Positions 27,722 through 37,288 of a stretch of 64,000 nt of DNA are shown one piece after another. The notes below the pieces were generated by a model, which saw nothing but the letters and a program-made list of their open reading frames with translations, made no database searches and was not told the DNA's origin. This DNA is from Rhodospirillales bacterium (GTDB taxonomy: Bacteria > Pseudomonadota > Alphaproteobacteria > Acetobacterales > Acetobacteraceae). The translations under genes and the position numbers were made by a program. The number at the start of each line of letters is the position of its first letter. The stretch's first letter is position 1. Location of the stretch: contig JANYFG010000077.1 in NCBI GenBank assembly GCA_025362815.1, forward strand, positions 364-64,363, read 5' to 3'.

Positions 27722-27950
27722 ATCTTGGTCCCTTTCGGCGTCCTGCTACCAGATACAGTAGCAGGCGCCGAGAGCACGGCTCAATAAGGACGACCACCCG
27801 ATTCGCAGAAACTTGTGGACAACTCGTCATACACCACAAGATGTTGGGGTCACCCGCATGCCCTGCGCCACGTCAGGCCGAACCGTGCCGTATATGGCGC
27901 ACGGATGAACGTCCATGGGATCCAGTGCACCCGGGAAGTCGCGCGAAACG

Positions 27951-27994
27951 GCTCAATGAATGAAGTTTTTTGGTTCTTTTGTTCACAAAAGAAC
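27951..27994. repeat. Palindromic AT-rich repeat, family A copy 2 (inverted relative to copy 1)
   Basis: AATGAATGAAGTTTTTTGGTTCTTTTGTTCACAAAAGAAC is the reverse complement of the 19544.. copy with 1-2 differences. It lies 17 nt from the formamidase-like stop. Confidence 0.85.
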
Positions 27995-28010
27995 TAATTT
28001 TACTTCATAT

Positions 28011-28964
28011 CTAAAAAAGCAGCCCCTTTTTCAACATCCCATGAATACCCTTCTCGCCATTGACCGTCTGGGTCACACGGAAATCCACCGCCAAAGAGCA
28101 GAACTGATACGCCTCCTCTCGCGACAGGTTGGAGCGGCTACAGATAAAGGCGATCATCTGGCGAAGCGCCTGGCGCATCGCCACGTCGAGGTCCTCGTTC
28201 ATGCCCATGCTGATGTAGTGGGTGGGCGTCTCGCCGCGCGGATAGGCCAGCAGCGGCGTGCTGCCTTTCATCTTGTGCAGCGTGAGCGTGAAGGTGCCGG
28301 TGAGGCAGATTTCAAGCGCGTTGATGCACACCTCGCCGTCGCCCTGCACGCCGTGCCCGTCCCCGGCGGAGAACAGGCCGCCGGGGGCATGCACCGGCAG
28401 GAACAGCGTGGCGCCCTCGCCCAGCTCCTTGTTGTCGAGATTGCCGCCGTGTTCGCGGGGCTGCACCGTGGAAATGGTGCCGAAGCCGGGCCGCGGCGCC
28501 ACGCCCATCACGCCGAAGAACGGCGACAGCGGCAGTTCCAGGCCGTAGGGCATGGTGCCGACCCGGCGTTCCTTGTCCACGGTGATGTGCGTCAGAAAAC
28601 GCTCGGTGAAATCGTCCGGCAGGGTGCCGGCCAGCGGGCGGAAGCCGCAGAAGCCCCAGTCAGCGCCGAATTCGATCTTATCGATATGCACTTCCAGCAT
28701 ATCGCCCGGCAGCGCGCCTTCGACGGCGACGGGTCCGGTGATGATGTGGCCGCCCGCGCGGGGCAGGCTGGAGGCATGGATGGCGGACAGCGCCGGCGGG
28801 ATCTTCAGACCGGAACTAGCGGGCGGCAGCGTGTCCGGGCCGCCGGAGACGCATTCCAGCACCACGGTCTCGCCGGATTTGATGGTGACCACCGGGGGAT
28901 AGGCGGCGTCGAAACTGCCCCAGCGACAGGTCTCTGGCGTGGCGGCGACGTGGTGCGATGTCAT
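28011..28964 (-). CDS. Acetamidase/formamidase-family amidohydrolase
   Basis: The start is at MTSHHVAATPETCRWGSFD. The family blocks GGNLDNKELGEGATLFLPV and GDGHGVQGDGEVC are present. The upstream ORF extension was rejected. Confidence 0.85.
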   Translation of the reverse strand: MTSHHVAATPETCRWGSFDAAYPPVVTIKSGETVVLECVSGGPDTLPPASSGLKIPPALSAIHASSLPRAGGHIITGPVAVEGALPGDMLEVHIDKIEFGADWGFCGFRPLAGTLPDDFTERFLTHITVDKERRVGTMPYGLELPLSPFFGVMGVAPRPGFGTISTVQPREHGGNLDNKELGEGATLFLPVHAPGGLFSAGDGHGVQGDGEVCINALEICLTGTFTLTLHKMKGSTPLLAYPRGETPTHYISMGMNEDLDVAMRQALRQMIAFICSRSNLSREEAYQFCSLAVDFRVTQTVNGEKGIHGMLKKGLLF

Positions 28965-29031
28965 GGGGCGCTCTCCGGGGGAGGCGCATTGTTTCGCGCA
29001 TGGCGCGTCGCGGCAAGGCCGCTCGCGCGAT

Positions 29032-29655
29032 CTACCGGTGAATCCGTGCGCTGGCGGATCGCCGCCTTTCCCAGCCGTGCCGTTCGAGTTCGGGCGTGTG
29101 GGAGTTGAGGCTGGGCCAGCCCAGACAGAAATAGCCGATGAAAACCCAGCTCTGCGGCACATCGAGCGCCGCGGTCACGGCAAGCGGATCGAGGATGGAC
29201 ACCCAGCCCAGGCCCAGCCCCTCGGCGCGGGCGGCGAGCCAGAGCGTGTGGACCGCCATGACGGCGGAATAGGCCACCGTTTCGGGCATGGTGGCGCGAC
29301 CGAGGCCCCTGCCCTGCGCCGGCTCGGCCTCGGCGAACACCGCGAGATGCACCGGCGCCTCATCCAGACCGGCGAGCTTGAGGCGCGCGTAAAGCCCGGC
29401 ATCAGCATCGGCATCGGCATCGCGCGCCTCGAGCGCCGCCTGGTTGCAGGCGGTGAAACTGGCGCGCACGGCGGCGCGGCGCACGGCGTCGTCCACAGTC
29501 ACGAACCGCCAGGGCTGGCTGAGGCCTACGGAGGGGGCGAGGTCGGCGAGATCCAGCAGACGGTCCAGCAACTCGGGGGCGACGCTGTCCGGTTTGAAGC
29601 CACGCACGTCGCGGCGCCAGCGGAACAGGTCGACGAGGCGGCTTTGGAATGCCAC
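29032..29655 (-). CDS. bluB: BluB-like flavin-destructase/nitroreductase-family protein (possible 5,6-dimethylbenzimidazole synthase)
   Basis: RRDVRGF, APSVGLSQPWRFV, YSAVMAVHTLWLAARAEGLGLGWVSI and CLGWP...PELERHGW parallel the S. meliloti BluB blocks as I recall them, including the Asp and Ser at the critical positions. There is no cobalamin riboswitch upstream. Confidence 0.6.
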   Translation of the reverse strand: MAFQSRLVDLFRWRRDVRGFKPDSVAPELLDRLLDLADLAPSVGLSQPWRFVTVDDAVRRAAVRASFTACNQAALEARDADADADAGLYARLKLAGLDEAPVHLAVFAEAEPAQGRGLGRATMPETVAYSAVMAVHTLWLAARAEGLGLGWVSILDPLAVTAALDVPQSWVFIGYFCLGWPSLNSHTPELERHGWERRRSASARIHR

Positions 29656-29677
29656 GTCGAAGGCGGGTTCGACCGGC

Positions 29678-30349
29678 TCAGAGATGGAATTCTGCCGTCA
29701 CGCCCGGGAAATCCGGGACAGTGCGATGCCGCGCGGACGCGATCGTTCCATCCTGCGGGCGCACGAGCTGACAGGTGCGCAGGCCCGCGGCGGACGCGGC
29801 GTCGAGCTCGGCCTCGATGTCCGACAGGAACAACACCTCGGCCGGCGGCACGTTGATGCCAATGCAAAGCCGGTCGTAGCTCTCGGCCTCGCGTTTATGG
29901 CCTACATTGGTGTCGAAAAAGCCGGAGAACAGCCCGGTGATGTCGCCATCGACGGAGTGGCCGAACAGCAGCTTCTGCGCCGCGACGGAGCCGGACGAAT
30001 AGACGTAGAGCTTCAACCCACCCCTTACCCAGCGCCGCAGCGCGGCGGTGACATCGGGGTAAAGCGCGCCGTGCAGCGAGCCATCGGCATAGCCGGCATC
30101 CCAGATCTGGCCCTGCAGCGCCTTCAGCGGCGTGACCTTGGCGTCCTCGTCCATCCAGCGCCGCAGCGTGACCAAAGCGGGCTGGCCCGGCACCATGCCC
30201 TCCACCTCGGCCAAGATACCGGCCGCCTCCGGCCGGGCGATCGCTGATTCGAGCCGGGCACGGGCGTAGGGAAACAGCGTGTCGCGCACGAAGGCGATCG
30301 GTGTGGTGGTGCCCTCGATGTCGGTGATGACGGCGGCGGCCGGCAGCAT
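29678..30349 (-). CDS. mtnC: Enolase-phosphatase E1 (acireductone synthase)
   Basis: ITDIEGTTTPIAFVRDTLFPYAR is a HAD motif I of the MtnC type, and SSGSVAAQKLLFGHS is also present. The protein is 223 aa. Confidence 0.85.
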   Translation of the reverse strand: MLPAAAVITDIEGTTTPIAFVRDTLFPYARARLESAIARPEAAGILAEVEGMVPGQPALVTLRRWMDEDAKVTPLKALQGQIWDAGYADGSLHGALYPDVTAALRRWVRGGLKLYVYSSGSVAAQKLLFGHSVDGDITGLFSGFFDTNVGHKREAESYDRLCIGINVPPAEVLFLSDIEAELDAASAAGLRTCQLVRPQDGTIASARHRTVPDFPGVTAEFHL

Positions 30350-30906
30350 CAGGCGGCGGCGGTTTCGGTCACGGCGGGAAACCGTGTGCTGATGGCATCG
30401 CCGGTGAAATGCGCCACCCAGCCGGACGTGTCGCTGAACACGCGCAAGGCGGTGAAATTCGGCTTGTCACCGGCATCGAACCAATGCTGGGTGTGGGCGG
30501 GCACGGAGATGAGATCGCCCTGCACGCAATGGGCGTCCCAGACCTTCCCATCGACATGCATGATGAAATTGCCGGAGCCGTGCACGAAGAACCGCACCTC
30601 GTCTTCGGTATGGGTGTGCTCTGCGAGAAACTTTTCCCGCAGCGCGCCGGCCTGCGGGTGGTCGGGCGTGAGCTTGATGACGTCGGACGAGCCGGCGCCG
30701 ATACTGCCCATTAGCTCGTCGAGATAGGGTTTGTAGGCGGCCAGGATCGTCTCGGCGCTGTCGTCCGGCGAGAGCGCCACGGGGCTGGTCCAGCGTTCGA
30801 AGCGCACGTTGATGGCGGCAAGCTCGCGCGCCATGGCGGCCGCGTCCTCGGTCTCCACGATGGAGGTCCCCGGCGCATCGTCGGCAAATACGGTCAGGCG
30901 GCTCAT
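30349..30906 (-). CDS. mtnD: Acireductone dioxygenase
   Basis: The ARD cupin blocks EHTHTEDEVRFFVHGSG.F and ISVPAHTQHWF are present. The start ATG at 30906 overlaps the mtnB stop. Confidence 0.85.
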   Translation of the reverse strand: MSRLTVFADDAPGTSIVETEDAAAMARELAAINVRFERWTSPVALSPDDSAETILAAYKPYLDELMGSIGAGSSDVIKLTPDHPQAGALREKFLAEHTHTEDEVRFFVHGSGNFIMHVDGKVWDAHCVQGDLISVPAHTQHWFDAGDKPNFTALRVFSDTSGWVAHFTGDAISTRFPAVTETAAA

Positions 30907-31517
30907 CGTTCCAGCTTCCTTTTCTCGAGCTCGCAGGCGAGCAGAAATTCCAGCCCCTCCAGCCGCGCCAGCGCGGTGTTCATGTCGGGCCCCCATATAT
31001 AGAGGCCGTGGCCGCGGATCAGATACCCCAGGGGTGTGCCGGCGGTGAGGGTCGGTTCTGCAACCGCTGCAAGGCGGGCGATGTCCTGGTCGTTGTCGAA
31101 CACCGGAAGATCCAGCGCCGTGTCGTGCGTGGTCTGGCCCTCGAACACCTTCAAAACCTCGTACTGCGCGAGGCGGATCGGGCCGGGGCGGTGCATGGAC
31201 AGCACGGTGGCGGCGACGGAATGGCCGTGCAGCACGGCGGCCGCCTGAGGAAACAAGCGATATATCTGGCAGTGCAGAAGCGTCTCGGCGCTGGATCTCG
31301 CGTCCGGCGTTAGCGCGGCGCCGGCGAGGTCCACCTGCATGACGGACCCGGAATCGAGGAAGCTCTTGTGGCCGCCGCTGCGGGTGATGGCGATGCGCGC
31401 GGCATCGAGGCGGACGGAGATGTTCCCCGCCGTGGCCGGCACCCAGCCCCTTGCATCCATGCGTTGCCCGGCCCGGATGATCGCATCGATCGCCCAGGCC
31501 GGGGTCTGCTCGTTCAC
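30903..31517 (-). CDS. mtnB: Methylthioribulose-1-phosphate dehydratase (class II aldolase fold)
   Basis: WVPATAGNISVRL and the His cluster (LHCQ...LHGHS) are present. The gene is coupled to mtnD and mtnC. Confidence 0.85.
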   Translation of the reverse strand: MNEQTPAWAIDAIIRAGQRMDARGWVPATAGNISVRLDAARIAITRSGGHKSFLDSGSVMQVDLAGAALTPDARSSAETLLHCQIYRLFPQAAAVLHGHSVAATVLSMHRPGPIRLAQYEVLKVFEGQTTHDTALDLPVFDNDQDIARLAAVAEPTLTAGTPLGYLIRGHGLYIWGPDMNTALARLEGLEFLLACELEKRKLER

Positions 31518-31524
31518 CGAACGC

Positions 31525-31770
31525 TCAGGAGTGGTGCGCGGCCGTGGTGCTGCTGGCCGTGGTGGTGGCGCCGGGGGCCGGAATGGTGGTGGCCGGCTTG
31601 TCGGCGCTCGCCGCCATCGACGCGTCGGGTTCCTCGTCCGCCATGTTCTTCTTGAACGACTTGATGCCCTTGGCGAAGTCGCCCATCAGGTTGCTGACCT
31701 TGCCGCTGCCGAACAGCAACAAGACGACCATGAGCACGACCAGCCAATGCCAGATGCTGAAACTACCCAT
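31525..31770 (-). CDS. tatA: Twin-arginine translocase subunit TatA/E
   Basis: [43 protein letters not shown] is a canonical TatA N-terminus. No tatB or tatC lies adjacent. Confidence 0.9.
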   Translation of the reverse strand: MGSFSIWHWLVVLMVVLLLFGSGKVSNLMGDFAKGIKSFKKNMADEEPDASMAASADKPATTIPAPGATTTASSTTAAHHS

Positions 31771-31845
31771 ACGCCCCTCCAATACGCCTTTGTTCGGCAG
31801 ACATGGCGCACCCGGCGAGGCGACGCAAGCGTGGTGGACCAGCTT

Positions 31846-32448
31846 TCATGTCTCGATCCGCCGCCAGGGTGCCGCCACCGTGCGCGTGATGCGGTCGAAC
31901 GTGAAGAAATGACCGCCGCCGTCGCCGGGTTGGTCGAGCGCACGGCTGATCGGAACCCCCAGGAGGTGGCAGAGCAGCAACGCCCCCACGCCGCCATGGG
32001 CCACGATGGCGGTGTCGCCCAGAGCCGTGATAGCGGCGTCGCCCTGGCAAGACGTTTGTGCCAGCAGGGCTTCGACGGCGGCGACGATCCTGGCCTGCGC
32101 ATCCGCCGCCCGTTCCCAGCCTTGCACGCTGTCCTGCGGTTGGGCGAAAAAACAATCCGCCAGCGCTTCGAATGCCACCCGCGGCAGGTAGCCGGTGGCG
32201 GATCGGTCGTTTTCACCGAGCTGCATCTCAATGACTGGCACCAAGCCGAATGCCGACGCGATCACGCCGGCGGCGTCGGTGGCCTTGCGTTCGGCGCTGC
32301 AGAACAGAGACGTCACGCCGGACATCCAAGGGCGCCGCATCGCCTGGCGCATGCGTGCGAAGCCGATGTCCGACAAAGGCCAGTCCGGCACCGGCACCGC
32401 CGGGTCGATCACCACCTCGGGGTGGGTGATGAAATGCACGCGCGCCAT
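31846..32448 (-). CDS. Histidine-phosphatase-superfamily protein
   Basis: This is a 200-aa segment at the end of an artefactual 800-aa ORF. It starts MARVHFITHPE. The second His lies in the block IVAHGGV. Confidence 0.7.
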   Translation of the reverse strand: MARVHFITHPEVVIDPAVPVPDWPLSDIGFARMRQAMRRPWMSGVTSLFCSAERKATDAAGVIASAFGLVPVIEMQLGENDRSATGYLPRVAFEALADCFFAQPQDSVQGWERAADAQARIVAAVEALLAQTSCQGDAAITALGDTAIVAHGGVGALLLCHLLGVPISRALDQPGDGGGHFFTFDRITRTVAAPWRRIET

Positions 32449-32453
32449 TGCGG

Positions 32454-33056
32454 CTACTGGCGGCTGGCCAGCAGGCGGGCGCGCGGCGCCGGGCGTCCCA
32501 CATTGCTCGTCAGCGCCAGTTGGGCGGCGGTGGGCGTGGCGCGCACGATCTCCTCGCGCGTGGCGGGCACCAAGGGTCGGATGAAGCCGTAGGTGGGATA
32601 GCCATGGCTGCCAAGCTGGTCGATCGGCGGCCACCAGACGCGCACCTCCGTCCAGTCGTTGCGTTCGGACACGTCCACCACCAGCTGGTCCTCGTTCAGC
32701 TGACCCGCCACCCAGTTGGCCTGCGTCACCTGGATCTGGCGCGGGCCGAGCAGGCGGGACACGACGGAGACATGGCCCGACGGCAGACGGCTTTCGCGCC
32801 GGAACACCAGGGCGCTGCCAAGCTGCGGGCGGTCCGCTTTCGCGTAGCGGCCCTCTGCCTGGTCCCACCAGCTCGCCGCGTCGCCATAGAGCGCGATGCC
32901 GGAGAGCTCGCGCGCGAAGGGGGCACAGGCGATACCGGGATACGAAACGCCACCGCCGGTGGACGCCGTAGGCGCATGCGATCCGCCGGCGCAGGCCGAG
33001 ACGAGGCCGGCCAGCAACACGAAAGCCACACGCGTCGGAAAGTGGGTTGAGACCAT
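32454..33056 (-). CDS. CHAP-domain lipoprotein
   Basis: The lipobox is LAGLVSAC. The CHAP Cys block is GIACAPFARELSGI and the His block is SGHVSVV. Confidence 0.75.
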   Translation of the reverse strand: MVSTHFPTRVAFVLLAGLVSACAGGSHAPTASTGGGVSYPGIACAPFARELSGIALYGDAASWWDQAEGRYAKADRPQLGSALVFRRESRLPSGHVSVVSRLLGPRQIQVTQANWVAGQLNEDQLVVDVSERNDWTEVRVWWPPIDQLGSHGYPTYGFIRPLVPATREEIVRATPTAAQLALTSNVGRPAPRARLLASRQ

Positions 33057-33134
33057 GCTTCTGAAATAACAGAAACAACCCGGAAGTGTCGAAGGTTAAA
33101 GCATTATCACGCCGAATTTGTTGCGCGCTACGGG

Positions 33135-34259
33135 CTATCGCCGGGCCGTGGCCAGAGCCAGGCCAAGGGCCAGCAGCGCGGCGCCGAGGCCCACGCCGAA
33201 CAGCGCGGCATGGCCACCGCTGGCGCCATACAGCCAGGCCAGGAAAAACCCGGTGGCGGTCTGCGACAGGCCGAACGCCATCGTGCTGATGCGCCACAAT
33301 CCCGGACCATCCGCCCCACCGATTTCGCGGGCCCGGGTGAGCGTGAGCGCGGTGGACCCAATGGCGGTGCCGCCGGCGCACAGGGCCGACAGCACGAGGA
33401 TGGGATTGGCGTGGCTGAGCAGCGGGAGCGCCAGCGCGATCGCCTGGATGGCCATCACCACCTGCAGGCCGCGCCCGGCGCCGATACGGTCCGCCAGCCG
33501 GCCGTACAACGCGGGGCCGCAGGCGGCAGACGCGCCGTAGAGCATCCAGAACAAGGCGCCCCGTGCCGGCCCCTCCCCCAGGCCGCGCGCGATGAAATCC
33601 GGCCACCAGACCATGTGAACCGTCTGCGCCACGGAGGCGAAGGCATAGGACAGCACCATCAACCCCGCTTTGCCCGACAGCTTCGGCAGCCGCATCGCGG
33701 GCGGGGCCGAAACCTTCGGCCAAAGCCGCCAGGACAAGGCGGTAAGCCCGGCAGACAGGGCCGCGAGCGCAAGCCAGGTGGCGGGCAGGCCCCGGGGCAG
33801 CATGGCGGGCACCAACAGCGCCCCGATCACGATGCCGCCGCCGACGCCCGCGAACACCAGGCCCGCCGCAAACCCACGCATGGCCACCGGCACCACCGCC
33901 TGCACCGCGGGCCCCGCCAGCACCATCAGCACGCCGCCGGATGCGCCCGTCAAAGCGCGCCAGGGCGCCAGCCACAGAAGCTCGCCCGGGATCGCGCACA
34001 TCAAAAAGCAGGATGTGGCGCACAGCATCGCCAGGCGCAGCGCCCAGCCAAGACCCAGCGCGCGGCCGATCGCGGGGGCAAACGCCGCGCCGACCAGATA
34101 GCCGCCAAGGTTGATCGCGCCCAGCGCGCCGGCCTGCCCCCCCGTCAGCAGCCCCGCCTGCACGATGGCCGGCAAAAGCGGCGCGTAGGCGAAGCGGGAG
34201 AGCCCCACGCCCGTCATGGTGGCGCAAACGCCGGAGACGATCGCCCAACGTGGTTTCAC
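33135..34259 (-). CDS. MFS transporter (YbfB/YjiJ-like)
   Basis: This is a 12-TM hydrophobic protein. The N-terminal GVGLSRFAYAPLLPAIV is characteristic of the YbfB/YjiJ subfamily. Confidence 0.8.
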   Translation of the reverse strand: MKPRWAIVSGVCATMTGVGLSRFAYAPLLPAIVQAGLLTGGQAGALGAINLGGYLVGAAFAPAIGRALGLGWALRLAMLCATSCFLMCAIPGELLWLAPWRALTGASGGVLMVLAGPAVQAVVPVAMRGFAAGLVFAGVGGGIVIGALLVPAMLPRGLPATWLALAALSAGLTALSWRLWPKVSAPPAMRLPKLSGKAGLMVLSYAFASVAQTVHMVWWPDFIARGLGEGPARGALFWMLYGASAACGPALYGRLADRIGAGRGLQVVMAIQAIALALPLLSHANPILVLSALCAGGTAIGSTALTLTRAREIGGADGPGLWRISTMAFGLSQTATGFFLAWLYGASGGHAALFGVGLGAALLALGLALATARR

Positions 34260-34269
34260 GAAACCGCTT

Positions 34270-34572
34270 TCAGGCCAGCGCCCACACGGCCCAACACGCG
34301 CCCACGCCGGCCGCGATGGACAATGCGAGATTGCGGGTGGCCAGCATCACCGCCACCGTGCCGGCGGCCCCCGCCATCGGCTGCACCCCGCCTTGCACGA
34401 TCGCCGGCACCACGAAGCTCACGAACAGAGTGCCAGGCACGTAGGTCAGGATGGCGCGCAGCAACGGGCTGGGCGTGATTTGGCGAAACAGCCAGTAGCC
34501 GCCGCCGCGACAGGCATAGGTCGCCACCGCCATGGCCACGAACGCGGCCAGGTTCCAGGGGTCGAGCGTCAT
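34270..34572 (-). CDS. azlD: AzlD-family branched-chain amino acid exporter small subunit
   Basis: This is a 100-aa hydrophobic protein directly coupled (ATGA) to azlC. Confidence 0.75.
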   Translation of the reverse strand: MTLDPWNLAAFVAMAVATYACRGGGYWLFRQITPSPLLRAILTYVPGTLFVSFVVPAIVQGGVQPMAGAAGTVAVMLATRNLALSIAAGVGACWAVWALA

Positions 34573-35288
34573 GTCCGCACACCGCGCCCGCCGCGGCGGT
34601 GATCGCGCAGGCCACCTACCACCGAGCCCGCGATGGCACCGGCCACGATATACCAAAAGGTGCCGGGCAGCAGCCTTGCCACGCCGGTGGCCACGGCGGC
34701 GGCCACCAGCCAGGGCATCACGTCGAGCCGGCCGCGCCACATCTGCACCAGCATGGCCACGAACACCGCCAGCGCCGCGAAGAACAGCGGATGCCCCGGC
34801 TGCGGCTGCAGCTGGGAGCCGAGCACATGGCCAAGCGCCGAGCTGGCGGCCCACATCGTCCAGAACGCCAATCCGCTCCCGAGCAGGTAGCCGGCATCGC
34901 GCCTGCCGGCGTTGATCTCGGACACCGACATCGCCCAGTTCTGATCCGCCATCACGAACAGGCTGGCCCACAGCCGCCATCCCCTGAGGTGGTTCAGCCA
35001 CGGCGCCAGCACCGGGCCCATCAGCGCCAGCCGCAGATTGACCACGAAGGCGGCGAGTGCGACGGCGAAGAGATCCGGCGGGTGCGCCCAGATGCCCAGC
35101 GCCACCAGCTGGGCGGAGCCTGCGAACACGATGCCGCTCATCAGGGTGATTTCGAGCAGCGACATCCCCACGCCGTGCGCGGCCACGCCGGCCACCAGGC
35201 CGAACGGGATCATGCCGAGCATGACGGGCAAGGAATGCCGAACGCCGCGCAGCATGCCGGCGGATGTGAAGACAACAGGCCCGGTCAC
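34569..35288 (-). CDS. azlC: AzlC-family branched-chain amino acid exporter
   Basis: This is a polytopic protein with the block GIVFAGSAQLVA. The GTG start overlaps the recX stop (GTGA). Confidence 0.8.
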   Translation of the reverse strand: MTGPVVFTSAGMLRGVRHSLPVMLGMIPFGLVAGVAAHGVGMSLLEITLMSGIVFAGSAQLVALGIWAHPPDLFAVALAAFVVNLRLALMGPVLAPWLNHLRGWRLWASLFVMADQNWAMSVSEINAGRRDAGYLLGSGLAFWTMWAASSALGHVLGSQLQPQPGHPLFFAALAVFVAMLVQMWRGRLDVMPWLVAAAVATGVARLLPGTFWYIVAGAIAGSVVGGLRDHRRGGRGVRT

Positions 35289-35869
35289 GTCTGTTTCAGC
35301 CGGATAATCAGATCCTCCGCCGCGTCCGCATCCATCGCCAGCGCCCGTGTCGCCACCTCGTGGCCGAAACCGGCGCGGGCGAGCATTCCCAATGCCTTGG
35401 CCTCGCGCGCCATCTGGGCTTCGCTCGCCTCGGCATCGGCCGGGCGGAAGGCCCCGATCCGCCGTCTTCGGGTGAACGCCACGCAGGCGGCCAGCTCGAT
35501 CTCCGGATCGGACGGCAGCGACGCCCGCGCCACCTCGCCGTCCACACCCCGCGCGCCCAGATGGGCGGCCACCGCGCGGGCCGAGCGCCCCATGCGGGTG
35601 AGCGAGCGCGCGCGGCTTTCAGCGAAGGCGGCGTCGTCGATCACACCCGAGGCCACCAAAGCTTGCGCCACCTCACGCACCAATCGGCGGCAGGCGGCGA
35701 TCACGTCCGGGTCCGGCTCGGCCGTGGCGCGCGCCCAACGGTCCACCCGCCGGTCCAGCACGCGGATCAGGCCCGTCTGGGTGGTGCCATAGCGGGCGAG
35801 ATGGGCCAGCGCGGCTGCATGAAGCCGCGATTTCGTGGGCGGCGGTCCCGCTGGTTTTGCCTCGGCCAT
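35285..35869 (-). CDS. recX: RecX regulatory protein
   Basis: This is a 194-aa helical-repeat protein (AALAHLARYGTTQTGL..., ...RARSLTRMGRSARAVAAHLGARGV...GMLARAGFGHEVATRAL). The longer ORF in the track runs antisense into argD and was rejected. Confidence 0.8.
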   Translation of the reverse strand: MAEAKPAGPPPTKSRLHAAALAHLARYGTTQTGLIRVLDRRVDRWARATAEPDPDVIAACRRLVREVAQALVASGVIDDAAFAESRARSLTRMGRSARAVAAHLGARGVDGEVARASLPSDPEIELAACVAFTRRRRIGAFRPADAEASEAQMAREAKALGMLARAGFGHEVATRALAMDADAAEDLIIRLKQT

Positions 35870-36091
35870 GACGCACGATGCCACGCTGCGATGCGATGCG
35901 TCCGGCGTTGCGCGCAATCGTGCCATGCACACGGTGGCATCGATACGCCTCTGGACAGAGCCGTGTTTGTTTGACTTCCCCCGCCCGCCCCCGCCATGCT
36001 TCGCCTTTCCGGGCCTGCGCGCACAGGGGTGCGACGGCAGAGCAAGACCGGATAGTGGCCCCCTCCAGGGGGAAATTGAGGATACGAGGAT

Positions 36092-37288
36092 ATGATCCCC
36101 GCCCTGATGCCGACCTACAACCGTGCAGACCTCGCATTCGAGCGGGGCGAAGGCTGCTGGCTGTACACGGCGGACGGCCGACGATTCCTCGATTTCGGTG
36201 CCGGCATCGCCACCTCCTCGCTCGGCCACGGCCATAAGGGGCTGACGGACGCGATCGCCGAACAGGCGACCAAGGTGATGCACGTCTCCAACCTCTACCG
36301 CGTGCCGCAGGCCGAACGCCTGGCCGCGCGGCTGGTGGACGCCACGTTCGCCGACAGCGTGTTCTTCTGCAACTCGGGCGCCGAGGCGAACGAGGGCATG
36401 GTGAAGATGATCCGCAAGGCGCAGCACGACGGCGGGCATCCGGAGCGCTACCGGGTGATCTGCTTCGACGGTGCGTTTCACGGCCGAACGCTGGCCATGC
36501 TGGCGGCCACCGGCAACGCGAAGTATCTGCACGGCTTCGGGCCGGAGGTGGACGGTTTCGATCACGTGCCGTTCAACAATCTCAACGCCTTGCGCGATGC
36601 CATCACACCGCAGACCGCCGGCATCATCATCGAGCCGGTGCAGGGCGAGGGCGGCATCCGCCCGGCGCAGCTCCAGTTCCTGCGTGATCTCCGCCAGACC
36701 TGCGACGAGTTCGGCATCTTCCTGGGCATGGACGAAGTGCAGTGCGGCATGGGCCGTACCGGCAAACTGTTCGCCCACGAATGGGCCGGCATCGCGCCGG
36801 ACGTGATGTCCATCGCCAAGGGCATCGCGGGCGGCTTTCCGATGGGCGCCATTCTGGCCACCGAGAAGATGGCCAAGGTGCTGTATGCCGGCACCCACGG
36901 CACCACGTTCGGCGGCAATCCGCTGGCGTGTGCGGCGGCCAACGCCGTGCTCGACGTGGTGCTAGCGCCGGACTTCCTGGCCGAGGTCGATCGCAAGGCA
37001 CGCAAGCTCTGGCGCGCGCTGGAAGGTCTGGTGGTCGAATTCCCAACCGTGTTCGAGGATGCGCGCGGCGCCGGGTTGATACTGGGCCTGAAATGCCGCG
37101 TGCCAAACACCGAGATCCAGACCGCGTTCACCGCCGAGGGCCTGCTTTCGGTCGGCGCAGGCGACAACGTGATCCGCCTGGTGCCGCCGTTGGTGCTGAC
37201 GGATGCCGATATCGACACCGCCATCGGCATGATGCGCCAGGGTGCCAAACGCTGCCTTCCCGCCCCCGCCAGCATGGCCGCGAAATGA
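36092..37288 (+). CDS. argD: Acetylornithine aminotransferase
   Basis: [21 protein letters not shown], the class III aminotransferase blocks, and the PLP lysine in [12 protein letters not shown] are present. Confidence 0.9.
   Translation: MIPALMPTYNRADLAFERGEGCWLYTADGRRFLDFGAGIATSSLGHGHKGLTDAIAEQATKVMHVSNLYRVPQAERLAARLVDATFADSVFFCNSGAEANEGMVKMIRKAQHDGGHPERYRVICFDGAFHGRTLAMLAATGNAKYLHGFGPEVDGFDHVPFNNLNALRDAITPQTAGIIIEPVQGEGGIRPAQLQFLRDLRQTCDEFGIFLGMDEVQCGMGRTGKLFAHEWAGIAPDVMSIAKGIAGGFPMGAILATEKMAKVLYAGTHGTTFGGNPLACAAANAVLDVVLAPDFLAEVDRKARKLWRALEGLVVEFPTVFEDARGAGLILGLKCRVPNTEIQTAFTAEGLLSVGAGDNVIRLVPPLVLTDADIDTAIGMMRQGAKRCLPAPASMAAK

Noticed and set aside
27741-27764. Inverted repeat CCTGCTAC-N8-GTAGCAGG in the gcrA 5' region as a regulatory operator (for example CtrA- or methylation-linked)
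   Set aside because: It does not match the CtrA box (TTAA-N7-TTAA) or contain GANTC. It may simply be a 5' UTR hairpin. There is not enough evidence to call it a site.
31846-34248. 800-aa ORF spanning three genes
   Set aside because: Only the C-terminal 200 aa (histidine phosphatase family) are credible. The rest overlaps the CHAP lipoprotein and MFS genes, which have clear signal, lipobox and TM features in other frames.
35285-36898. 537-aa ORF
   Set aside because: It is a composite of recX (last 194 aa) and an antisense read-through of argD. The argD sense frame has the complete aminotransferase signature.
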